Shown: positions 56,601 through 64,000 of the stretch, in pieces
How the letters are laid out: every line of letters begins with the position of its first letter
How positions within the stretch are numbered: position 1 is the first letter of the stretch
From: an uncultured Bacteroidales bacterium
GTDB taxonomy: Bacteria > Bacteroidota > Bacteroidia > Bacteroidales > VadinHA17
DNA: 64,000 nt
NCBI GenBank assembly: GCA_963831855.1
Contig: CAWHSA010000004.1
Location: forward strand, 194,475-258,474
Reading direction: 5' to 3'
Made by a program: the position numbers and the translations under genes
Notes under the pieces: model-generated
The model's database searches: none
The model's input: the letters and a program-made list of their open reading frames with translations, nothing else
Told to the model about the DNA's origin: nothing

Positions 56601-57412
56601 GTTTTCCACCTGATTAAGGGCTGGAGACCCTTTTTAAATGCGGTATCCGTCAGAATTACCATCCTGACCGGTTTATCTGTGTACCCGGTGATTACATTTC
56701 CTGGATTGTAGTTAAGAACTCCTTTTTCAAGCAGTTCACCTGTTAATGGAGATTCGGGGAAAAGTGCTTTTGATTGGATATCGACAGCCGGTGAAAAAGA
56801 TATCTCAATTTTCATCGAAATGATGACCTCAATGCTGTTTTTATGCGGGTTATATCTGACCGGGGAGATCATGACATTCGCAAGGTTTTTTCCCCTGGTA
56901 GTTCCTAATGGTTCAATTCTGACGGTATCCTGACCAATGAACTCACGCGAAGCGTAAATCTCTTTATCAAAGGCAAATCGCGGCTTTTTATCCTTTAATA
57001 TTTTAGCTTCGCTTTCCTGAGCAGGATAAAGTACCCCTTTGATTTTCTTAGTCGATGGTCTGAACCTTGTAGATCTGACTTCAGAAATCTTTATTATGGG
57101 TTTATAGCCTGTCGGCACCTCGATCAGACGGCTGAGAACAGGAAACTCGGGTTTGCCGGTATCAGCAGAATGAATGTGACCCGGAATTTCAATTCTGAAG
57201 AATGTTCCCTGGTCATTTATAAGATCTTCAAGATTAAGCTCTGAAAATGAATAATTTATGATTAGTGAGTGATCATTGGCAATGATCTCTTTAGCCTGTT
57301 GTTCAATATGAGGAATATACTTATATAGCCTTCCCGTCTGGCCCGATGAAGTTAATGCAAATGCAGCAAAAAAAGCCAGTAACCTGTATTGTTTAAAATT
57401 CCCCAAAATCAT
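53624..57412 (-). CDS. C25 (gingipain-family) cysteine peptidase-like protein with T9SS C-terminal sorting domain; possibly PorU-type
   Basis: 1262 aa with a signal peptide. Has the His motif YSGHGQPTGW and the Cys motif FIISNACSTSAF of clan CD/C25. The C-terminal ~80 aa (VTPNPFRDKINIV...GVYYLKVEF...VKIK) looks like a T9SS CTD. Confidence 0.8.
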   Translation of the reverse strand: MILGNFKQYRLLAFFAAFALTSSGQTGRLYKYIPHIEQQAKEIIANDHSLIINYSFSELNLEDLINDQGTFFRIEIPGHIHSADTGKPEFPVLSRLIEVPTGYKPIIKISEVRSTRFRPSTKKIKGVLYPAQESEAKILKDKKPRFAFDKEIYASREFIGQDTVRIEPLGTTRGKNLANVMISPVRYNPHKNSIEVIISMKIEISFSPAVDIQSKALFPESPLTGELLEKGVLNYNPGNVITGYTDKPVRMVILTDTAFKKGLQPLIRWKTQKGFLIDVLYKGAGLAGNTYTALKDTLDRIYKSSTTDNPPPEFLLIIGNVSRIPYYGTGSVTDMYYGEFDGNGDYIPEMFIGRLPVKDTTELRYVVDKIIQYEKFEFADTNKFYSNALATAGIDAAHADYMNGQIKYSLDNYLNSANKITEFHFYSADVTKSTKSSIIDRVNKGISFLNYSGHGQPTGWLIHSTSKDSSNIYTSDSLRFRNKNMYPFIISNACSTSAFSQPSLGNSLVVSGNKGAIGFIGCADDSYWDEDFYWAVGTGIPSSSPKYETTGLGALDRMFHTHNESPSDWYITMGQINFAGNLSVSASTTSKKKYYWENYNLVGDPSIIPIIGTPGVFSTSLPDTLPNNIKSFSFNGDPFSYAAVSHFDTLWDASFLSPSGSVTLDMPGLSDDSCLFVITGQNKKPVIKKVYFSNVKSEFINLTKSGINDQSGNNNGLADFGETFSLKLTISNLGLTGANNLRALISTTSAWVTILNDSADIGTLGPGSEIILNNKLNVRLSREVPDKGIVTFDLILRDDACEKDYKIDMNVHAPELDILNYKFDDKQTGNGDFIADPGETFNLLFNVRNSGSSNTSGIFNVSSPDPELTVLEPGKGSGNLEEEKITQIPVMVKLLPSASSGTTISLNSFLNCDPHFVNRNFSFRVGRVRESFESATFNIFPWINVSPIPWTITQLNSRDGIVSARSGAISHNETSALCIKAWYPQADSLKFYYSVSSEASYDFLLFRLNDVEIMKKSGEIAWQKEAIPVKKGYNKMEWLYKKDQSVSSGLDCALIDMIDFTGPATVTYIKKDIITARFVTPVNKDNLGKEPVSLRIANIGRDTIRGFNMAYSINNSTPVTQHFDYTLIPSGDSVTVTFNTNANLSYYGNYNIVAYGYNNNDDYLLNDTVRVNIRNNELNKPLLVTPNPFRDKINIVLNSEFNGIAHFTLTNFGGTVLVDFDKDITIGTSTAEISGTGLAPGVYYLKVEFPGHSKTVHLVKIK

Positions 57413-57564
57413 CAGTGTTAATTAATTAACGCTGTACCCTGAATTGATGAAGCAAGTTATATAAATTTAAACAGATTATTTATGTGAGGATAATAAATTT
57501 GATTAAAATAATAAGATTCGTATTTTTATAGTTGATTTTGTTAGATTAAATAACAAAAGAGCCT

Positions 57565-60500
57565 ATGAAAAGGTATGCTGTTGTACTTCTCCTGTCAGCT
57601 TGTCTGTTTGAATTATCAGGCCAGATAAACAAGTACGGAGTTCCTTTTATTAAGAATTATCCTACACAGATAACGCAGGGTTCTGAGCAGAACTGGTGTA
57701 TCACTAAAGATATGTTTGGGGTTGTATATTTCGGTAACCAGGATCGCGGAGTTATTCGTTATGATGGTACCAAATGGTCGTCTATAAAAATAAGAAACAA
57801 TCCGAGAATATATTCACTGGCTGCGGGACCGAACGGTGAGGTCTATGTCGGAGCGGCTTATGAATTCGGGTATCTGCAGCCTGACGAAAAGGGTAAAACC
57901 GAATATATCTCTCTAACAGACCGGGTCGACTCGGTTGCAGATATTAAAGTGATCTATTCAATTGAAATATCTGACGGGAGGGTTCTCTTCCTCGGACCGA
58001 GGCACCTTTATATTTATGAGAGTGAAAAAAACTCATTTTCTGATATAAAATTAGCTGATTTTAATATTAAAGATGCATACAAGCTTTTCAGGATCAATGA
58101 CCGCATAATTATCACCGACAATATAAATGGTATTTTTGAGCTCCAGGGAAATATTATAAGGCAGATGCCAGGTGGAGATTTCTTTAAGAAGAAACTCTGT
58201 ACGGTCCTTCTTCCATATGATGAAAACAAGGTTCTTGTATGCACTTACAAGGATGGGGTATTTCTTTATGATTATACTTCCGGTACCATCAGGAATGACT
58301 TTGTCGACAAGAAGATTAATGATAAATTTAAAGATGTAGTAATCTATGCTGCAGCAAAAATATCTGAAGACCTTTTTGCTATCGGTACTACAACCGAAGA
58401 GGGAATGCTGGTGTTTGACAAAACCGGAAATCTTTTGACTCAGATCAGGAAGGAAAATTCTGATCTTGAAGATAATACCATATACGCAGCTTACTGTGAT
58501 TATAAGAATAATTCTGAATTATGGATCTCAACCTATGGAATAATCAGCAAGATTTATTTTAATATTCCGCTTACAAAATTCGCTGATAAACAGGGAATTG
58601 ATATAGGAGTAAATGAGATCTGCAGATTCCAGGATGATATTTACCTTTCTTCGGATGCCGGGATTCTGAAATCATTTGTTAATGAACAGAACAATGTTGC
58701 CTTCAGAAAAGTCCCGGGGACCAATATGCAGTTTTTCCCGCTCGAAGTAGTCAGGACCAGCCACAGAGAGATAATGCTCGCAGGTTCACGCCTGGGGCTG
58801 TTCCAGATATCTCCCGGCGATGTGATAAGAAGTGTTGAATCAAACTGCAGGAACCTGCCGACAAAAAATCCGGTTTATAATGTCAGATCCATAATGCAAT
58901 CTTCTTCCGACAGGGATATAGTCTATTTGGGGTTAGAATCCGGCGGTATTGTGATTTTAAAGGATCAGGGGGACTATTGGGAATTTATTAACAGGATACG
59001 GGGTTTTGAAGGCCTTATCAATGGGATCGTTGAAGAAAAGGATGGGATCTGGTTTGCTACAGATGATCCGGGCGCCTTATATAAGGCCAAATTCAGTGAT
59101 AATGATACTTCAATTGTAAGGTATGGTCCGGATAAAGGGGTCCCTGATGTCAGGCTCTTTACAATTTATAAAATCAGGGATGATGATTATGTCACCACGG
59201 CATCGGGGATTTTCAGATATGACAGGACAAATGACCAGTTTGTACCTGACAATAGCATTACAGGAGGGTATTCTAAAGGTAAATCCTCCCAAAATCTTTA
59301 TCCTGACGAGGATGGTGATCTCTGGTTCAGCGGATTTGATACCCGGAACTATGAAATGCTCTTCAGGAATACACGCACTGGTATAGTTGGTTACAGGGGC
59401 ATTTTTAATCTTCTGCCGAATGTCCCGTCCCTGGATTTTTTGAATATTGACGGGAAAATGTTTGTTACCAAATCCAAGATTGTTGCTGTCATTGATAAAT
59501 CAAAATTAGTTCCGGATTCCGCGATAATCAGCCCCAGGTTTGCTTACATTACTGTAGGCTCCGACACAGTTATGAATGGTATGTTCCACAAGGATATTGA
59601 CAGTACCCGCAGGATACCGCTGATAATGAACCCATCTTCCACTATTCCGGAGTATGGTTTTGACATGAATAAAATTGCCTTCGAATGGACAACTCCATAT
59701 TTTATCGAGGAGCTTCAGACAGAATACAGCAGCATGCTGGAAGGATATGATGAAAGCTGGTCAAGATGGCAGGGAATATCATTTGGCTATACTGCCGAAG
59801 CGCTCTATTCAAGGAAAGAATTTACAAATCTTCCTTATGGGCATTATATTTTTAAAGTAAGAAGCCGCACGCTTACAGGTCTTTCCGGAAATGAACTCAG
59901 GTATGAATTTATAATACTTAAACCGTGGTATGCAACGGTGTGGGCATATATTGGTTATGTTCTTGCAGCATTTATGGCCGTTGTAGGGATAATCAGCGCC
60001 TATACGCGGAGGCTTAAAAATGAAAATATAAGGCTTGAAGGGATTGTTGCAGAGCGTACTGCTGTAGTTGTTAAACAGAAGGAAGAACTTGAATCCAGCA
60101 TTCATTACGCCAGCCGGATACAGATGGCACTGCTTCCTTCAGAAGCAATCCTTTCGGAGAATATTAAAAATTATTTTGTCCTGTTCAAACCGAGAGACAT
60201 AGTCAGCGGGGATTTCTACTGGATGACTAAAAAAAATGAAAGGCTTTATATTGTAGCTGCCGACTGTACAGGACATGGAGTGCCTGGAGCATTTATGAGC
60301 CTTCTCGGAATGTCATTCCTTGATGAAATAATTGAAAAGGAGAAAGCTCCCCGTGCTGATTTCATTCTTAAACAGCTCCGACATCATGTAACTGACTCCC
60401 TGAAGCAGGTGGGAGGCGACGATGAAGCAAAGGACGGCATGGACATAGCTCTCCTCGTTATAGATTTTAATGCACGCCGTGTGGAATTCTCCGGTGCATA

Positions 60501-60915
60501 TAATCCTTGCTTCAGGGTCAGAAAACTGACTGATTCTGAGGCAACTGCGTTCCGGCCTGACTCGCCGGAGAAATCTGACGGTTCGATGTCTAACGGAAAA
60601 TATCTGCTGGAAACAATTTATGCCAGCAAAATGCCAATCGGTATCTCATCAAGAATGAATGAGGATTTTGTATTTTTCGACTGGAATCTTGAAAAGGGGA
60701 TCTCCTATTACCTGTTCTCCGATGGTTATATCGACCAGTTCGGAGGTGATCACGCACGAAAATTCATGAAGAAAAACTTCAAAAGGCTCATCCTGGAGAT
60801 TCAGGATCTTCCTATGACCCGACAGAAAGAAATGCTTGAAAAGAATCTTAGTGACTGGATGGGACATTCTCCTCAGATTGACGATATACTGGTAATGGGA
60901 ATCAGGACTGACTAG
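57565..60915 (+). CDS. Membrane sensor: periplasmic two-component-regulator propeller/Y_Y_Y domains, one TM, cytoplasmic PP2C (SpoIIE/RsbU-type) phosphatase
   Basis: 1116 aa with a signal peptide. The ~780-aa repetitive beta-propeller-like region ends in a Y_Y_Y-like module (GHYIFKVRSR). A TM (WAYIGYVLAAFMAVVGIISAY) and coiled coil follow. PP2C motifs are SGDFYW, ADCTGHG, DGMDIAL, SDGYIDQ and DDILVMGI. Confidence 0.8.
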   Translation: MKRYAVVLLLSACLFELSGQINKYGVPFIKNYPTQITQGSEQNWCITKDMFGVVYFGNQDRGVIRYDGTKWSSIKIRNNPRIYSLAAGPNGEVYVGAAYEFGYLQPDEKGKTEYISLTDRVDSVADIKVIYSIEISDGRVLFLGPRHLYIYESEKNSFSDIKLADFNIKDAYKLFRINDRIIITDNINGIFELQGNIIRQMPGGDFFKKKLCTVLLPYDENKVLVCTYKDGVFLYDYTSGTIRNDFVDKKINDKFKDVVIYAAAKISEDLFAIGTTTEEGMLVFDKTGNLLTQIRKENSDLEDNTIYAAYCDYKNNSELWISTYGIISKIYFNIPLTKFADKQGIDIGVNEICRFQDDIYLSSDAGILKSFVNEQNNVAFRKVPGTNMQFFPLEVVRTSHREIMLAGSRLGLFQISPGDVIRSVESNCRNLPTKNPVYNVRSIMQSSSDRDIVYLGLESGGIVILKDQGDYWEFINRIRGFEGLINGIVEEKDGIWFATDDPGALYKAKFSDNDTSIVRYGPDKGVPDVRLFTIYKIRDDDYVTTASGIFRYDRTNDQFVPDNSITGGYSKGKSSQNLYPDEDGDLWFSGFDTRNYEMLFRNTRTGIVGYRGIFNLLPNVPSLDFLNIDGKMFVTKSKIVAVIDKSKLVPDSAIISPRFAYITVGSDTVMNGMFHKDIDSTRRIPLIMNPSSTIPEYGFDMNKIAFEWTTPYFIEELQTEYSSMLEGYDESWSRWQGISFGYTAEALYSRKEFTNLPYGHYIFKVRSRTLTGLSGNELRYEFIILKPWYATVWAYIGYVLAAFMAVVGIISAYTRRLKNENIRLEGIVAERTAVVVKQKEELESSIHYASRIQMALLPSEAILSENIKNYFVLFKPRDIVSGDFYWMTKKNERLYIVAADCTGHGVPGAFMSLLGMSFLDEIIEKEKAPRADFILKQLRHHVTDSLKQVGGDDEAKDGMDIALLVIDFNARRVEFSGAYNPCFRVRKLTDSEATAFRPDSPEKSDGSMSNGKYLLETIYASKMPIGISSRMNEDFVFFDWNLEKGISYYLFSDGYIDQFGGDHARKFMKKNFKRLILEIQDLPMTRQKEMLEKNLSDWMGHSPQIDDILVMGIRTD

Positions 60916-60941
60916 AAATCTTAAATGATTAATTCTATATT

Positions 60942-61694
60942 ATGCTAATGAGATCATCAATCAGGTTTAACAGGTTTATTGCTTTATTAATATTTATTGC
61001 AATGGCATTTAAAGCTTACTCTCAGGGTGCTCCTGTCTTCGATAGGATAAGCACATCGGCAGGAAACGTAGATATGTACTTTATCGGACACGGATCTCTA
61101 ATGTTCAGATTGAATGACTTTATCATGTTTATTGATCCTGTCCGTACGTCAGGCAGCTATGACAATATGCCAAAAGCTGACCTGATTCTTGTAACACACG
61201 AGCATGGCGATCACCTCGATGCGGATTTGATTAATGACCTCCGGAAACCGGCAACTGTATTGCTCTGCAGCGAAAAAGCTGCTGCTAAGGTATCCTGGGC
61301 TCAGATAATGAGGACCGGTGATAAACATGTGGTAAACGGCATTAACATTGAAGCTGTACCTGCTTACAACATAGTCAACATGCGTGCCCCGGGACAACCA
61401 TTCCATCCAAAAGGGGTGGGTAACGGATACATACTGACTATCGGTGACAAGAAATTCTATGTTGCCGGAGATAGTGAAAACACACCGGAAATGAAGGCGC
61501 TCAAAAATATTGACGTTGCCTTCCTGCCCATGAACCTTCCTTATACAATGACTCCGGAAATGGTCGCTGATGCCGTATTAGCTTTCAGACCAAAGATCTT
61601 ATACCCTTATCATTACGGAGATACTGATACCAAAAAGATAATTGATTTGCTTAAAAACACAGATATTACTGTACGGATAAGAGATCTGAAATAA
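60942..61694 (+). CDS. MBL-fold metallo-hydrolase, secreted
   Basis: 250 aa with a signal peptide. Has the metal motif THEHGDH plus downstream Asp/His positions. Confidence 0.8.
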   Translation: MLMRSSIRFNRFIALLIFIAMAFKAYSQGAPVFDRISTSAGNVDMYFIGHGSLMFRLNDFIMFIDPVRTSGSYDNMPKADLILVTHEHGDHLDADLINDLRKPATVLLCSEKAAAKVSWAQIMRTGDKHVVNGINIEAVPAYNIVNMRAPGQPFHPKGVGNGYILTIGDKKFYVAGDSENTPEMKALKNIDVAFLPMNLPYTMTPEMVADAVLAFRPKILYPYHYGDTDTKKIIDLLKNTDITVRIRDLK

Positions 61695-61800
61695 GCAATA
61701 TTCGGAGTGAATACACGGGAGAGTATTCCTTATATATCAGATCTGGTGGATTTGCCGCCTTGGATTTCCAGGATGATTCATGCAATTAATTAAGGAATAA

Positions 61801-62649
61801 ATGATGAAAACTAATCTTATCATCCGATTTTTTATTTTTCTGACCGGAGCATCTGCCAGCGGCCAGGATATTACATTCCCTTCTCTTGAAGGATTTAAGA
61901 AAATTACAGAATATCCGGTTTATACAAGAGGTAACCTGCGGGATTTTATTGATGGTGCGGCTGATACGTATCTGGCGCTCGGTTTTGTCAATCTTCAGGT
62001 TGCGGAATACAAAAAAGGTAAAGAGGTCATTAAGCTTGAGATCTACAGGCTAGCCGATCATACAATGGCATTCGGTATATACGCTTCGGAACGCTCTCCT
62101 TCATTCAGATTTGTAAATCTTGGATCGCAGGGTTATATTACTGAGGGTATAATAAATTTCTTTAAAGGTCCTTATTATGTAAAAATAAGAACATATTCCG
62201 ATAAACCGAAAATTCTTAGCGCGGAAGAATCACTGGCTGCAAGGGTGGCGGATATGCTGAACGGCGAGACAGAAATGCCCGGTCCTCTGGCACAATTCCC
62301 CGAAGCAGGAAGGAAGCAAAACGAAGAGACCTACATTAATGAGAGTGTTCTGGGACATAAGTTCCTGAATAAAGCTTTTAAAGCCGTATATGAGTCCGGA
62401 AGTGATAACTTCAGCATTTACCTGATAAAGTCAGGATCCGGAAACAATGCTCTTTCTGCTGTTCAGTCTTATCTTAAAGATGCAGGAATAGAACCAGACC
62501 AGCAGGAGAGTGGGAAATATGCTTTCACTGACGGTCATAACGGTACAATCTTCCTTTCCTGGAAAGACGACAGGATAGTTATTATCTCCGGTCTTGCAAA
62601 GGATCAGGCCGATATTGCGGAACAATACACATCCGGGATCCTGAAGTGA
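61801..62649 (+). CDS. Secreted protein of unknown function
   Basis: 282 aa with a signal peptide (MMKTNLIIRFFIFLTGASASGQ). No recognisable motif. Confidence 0.45.
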   Translation: MMKTNLIIRFFIFLTGASASGQDITFPSLEGFKKITEYPVYTRGNLRDFIDGAADTYLALGFVNLQVAEYKKGKEVIKLEIYRLADHTMAFGIYASERSPSFRFVNLGSQGYITEGIINFFKGPYYVKIRTYSDKPKILSAEESLAARVADMLNGETEMPGPLAQFPEAGRKQNEETYINESVLGHKFLNKAFKAVYESGSDNFSIYLIKSGSGNNALSAVQSYLKDAGIEPDQQESGKYAFTDGHNGTIFLSWKDDRIVIISGLAKDQADIAEQYTSGILK

Positions 62650-62653
62650 ATTT

Positions 62654-64000
62654 TCAGGAATACCAGGGTCTCTGGCGGTTAATTATTTCCGGCAGGATAG
62701 CGCAGAGAGTATTGATATCATCCACAATCTGGAAATCGAACATCCCGACACATATGAAATCGGCACCGTTTTCAAATGCATGGCGGAACCCGTCTTCAGG
62801 TTGTATGGCTCCTCCTGCCAGCACCTTGAAAGCGAGCCATGGTTTGGTGACCTCCGTCATAAATTCAGCTGTTTTGATTGGAAACAGGTCAAACATATTA
62901 TCATGGATCATGTTATGGTTGTTGTACTTTTTCCAGTCCACACTGAATTCAACTCTCTGTGATTCAGGATGCGCCGACCAGTAATTATCATTATGGAAGG
63001 TCTTGACATAGTAATCGGCCGGGATACCCTCTCTTTCACAGGTTCTTATTACTTCAAGTGCGTGTCCTCCGCAGCCAGCCAGATAACCTTTCTTCTTTAT
63101 ATATTCAATTGACGAAGCGAGCTCTTTGATTTTTCCATCCCGGACATAGCGGTCAGCATCACCACCCTGGATATATAGTGTTGTCGCACCGTTTGCAATT
63201 GCCCTGTCAATATCCCCGAAAAAATCACCGGCCTTAAGATAAGTCTGACATATAGTCTGCATCTTTCCTCCATACATCTTCAGATATTTATTGAATAACG
63301 GGAAATTGGAATTTGTAATAAAAGTTGCATTGATTCCGGCCATTTCCCCAAGATGGAAAGTTTCAAGGATTTTCTGATCAGTGTTATATGCCTTGAAAAG
63401 GGTATTGGCATAAATTAGGTCGCGGGCATGGGCATAACCGCTTATCAGGTTGCATCCCATTATAAGCCTGGTGATCTCCAGTCTTCCCAGTTTCCCTTTG
63501 GGCAGCTCATACTTAAGATCAGAAATCCGTTTATAGGTCACTTTCGGCAATGTCGCTGATGAAAAGGCATCGACTTCCTGTAATGATGAATTCCTTAGAA
63601 ATGCACCTGTAAAACCGGCAAGAAACGGTAATCCTGCCAGTCCTTTCAGGAGTTCCCTTCTTTTGTTAATTACAGGCGGATCCTGCTCCCGAATACTGCT
63701 AATAACTGGTTCATTATCAGGTTTTTTTTCCATAATCAGCATGTCAATACCGAAGTATTGTCCCGACCTGGTAAAAGCAAGAAGGAGAAGAGTCGCAAGC
63801 TCAATAAGATTTTTATTTACGATAAGATAACTTCCTTCAGTTACAGCCCCATAGTTGTACCCGCCAAACGGAGGATAAGCAAGGTAATACATTGCAAGCA
63901 TGGTAATTCCGGCCCAGGAAGCCATACGGGTGAGTATTCCAAGAATCAGCGCAAGTCCGACAAATGTCAATCCCCAGGCATTTAAAAAATCTACAATCTG
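62654..64000 (-). CDS. DoxX-like membrane domain fused to a Tat-signal-like segment and a ~300-aa soluble domain (5' end outside window)
   Basis: The reading frame stays open to the window edge, with QIVDFLNAWG upstream of the listed TTG. The N-terminal part has DoxX-like helices (GLALILGILTR). An internal NKRRELLKGLAGLPFLAG segment follows, and the C-terminal domain is unassigned. Confidence 0.5.
   Translation of the reverse strand, partial: QIVDFLNAWGLTFVGLALILGILTRMASWAGITMLAMYYLAYPPFGGYNYGAVTEGSYLIVNKNLIELATLLLLAFTRSGQYFGIDMLIMEKKPDNEPVISSIREQDPPVINKRRELLKGLAGLPFLAGFTGAFLRNSSLQEVDAFSSATLPKVTYKRISDLKYELPKGKLGRLEITRLIMGCNLISGYAHARDLIYANTLFKAYNTDQKILETFHLGEMAGINATFITNSNFPLFNKYLKMYGGKMQTICQTYLKAGDFFGDIDRAIANGATTLYIQGGDADRYVRDGKIKELASSIEYIKKKGYLAGCGGHALEVIRTCEREGIPADYYVKTFHNDNYWSAHPESQRVEFSVDWKKYNNHNMIHDNMFDLFPIKTAEFMTEVTKPWLAFKVLAGGAIQPEDGFRHAFENGADFICVGMFDFQIVDDINTLCAILPEIINRQRPWYS

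Noticed and set aside
53624-57412. Firm call of the C25 protein as the T9SS sortase PorU
   Set aside because: Its size, C25 dyad and CTD fit. But gingipain-like cargo proteases share these features and no porV neighbour is present, so it is kept as a possibility only.
69-63985. Numerous 60-170-aa ORFs antisense to or nested within the large CDSs (e.g. 296-796, 2484-2801, 3171-3632, 29388-29795, 54498-54953)
   Set aside because: They lie entirely inside well-supported longer genes on the opposite strand or in another frame. They have low-complexity or odd composition and show no motifs. I treated them as shadow ORFs.
1-64000. Defence island, prophage, integrative element, tRNA or rRNA genes
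   Set aside because: I saw no integrase, transposase, restriction-modification, toxin-antitoxin, phage structural or cas-like ORFs. No tRNA-like T-arm/acceptor sequences were recognisable in the intergenic regions either. Gene content is housekeeping and catabolic.

Overview
This window looks like a core chromosomal segment of a Bacteroidota-type organism. Supporting signs are AT-rich intergenic DNA, TAnnTTTG-like promoter boxes, a T9SS C-terminal sorting domain, CarboxypepD_reg-like and TonB-like proteins, and many secreted lipoproteins. I recognised no rRNA, tRNA, CRISPR array, transposase, integrase or prophage genes. Gene content runs as follows. (1) 35-12.7 kb holds a hexuronate/pectin catabolic locus: a GH-A hydrolase, UxaE-like epimerase, ExuT-like MFS transporter, Gnd, a LarA-family enzyme, SDR UxuB-type reductase, UxaC, GH105, KduI and KduD. 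(2) 12.7-36.5 kb holds housekeeping and envelope genes: TruA, an ankyrin/beta-barrel protein, a serine hydrolase, an SRAP peptidase, IorAB, a DPP-IV-type peptidase, SSB, an M28 peptidase, MltG, MurB, a GT4 enzyme and a GH109-like oxidoreductase. (3) 36.7-44.0 kb holds a tightly packed six-gene operon related to complex I and group-4 membrane-bound [NiFe] hydrogenases (Hyf/Hyc-like). (4) 44-64 kb holds GGT, an AlkD-like protein, PiT plus DUF47, a DnaQ/GIY-YIG fusion, a class IV aminotransferase, a radical SAM enzyme, an HD protein, a 1262-aa C25 peptidase with a T9SS tail, a propeller-PP2C sensor, an MBL hydrolase and a DoxX fusion protein. The most interesting object is the Hyf-like operon. 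By manual motif alignment, its large subunit has none of the four canonical NiFe-ligating cysteines. Its NuoB/HycG-like small subunit keeps only one of the four proximal [4Fe-4S] ligands, and it carries an N-terminal half-ferredoxin with exactly one cluster's worth of cysteines. The composition matches the bioinformatically defined but functionally uncharacterised Ehr (energy-converting hydrogenase-related) type. The second lead is a LarA-family (nickel-pincer) enzyme lying between the mannonate-forming reductase and 6-phosphogluconate dehydrogenase. This suggests a mannonate/gluconate epimerase shunt from hexuronates into the pentose phosphate pathway. All family calls come from reading the translated ORFs and remembered motifs; no database searches were run.
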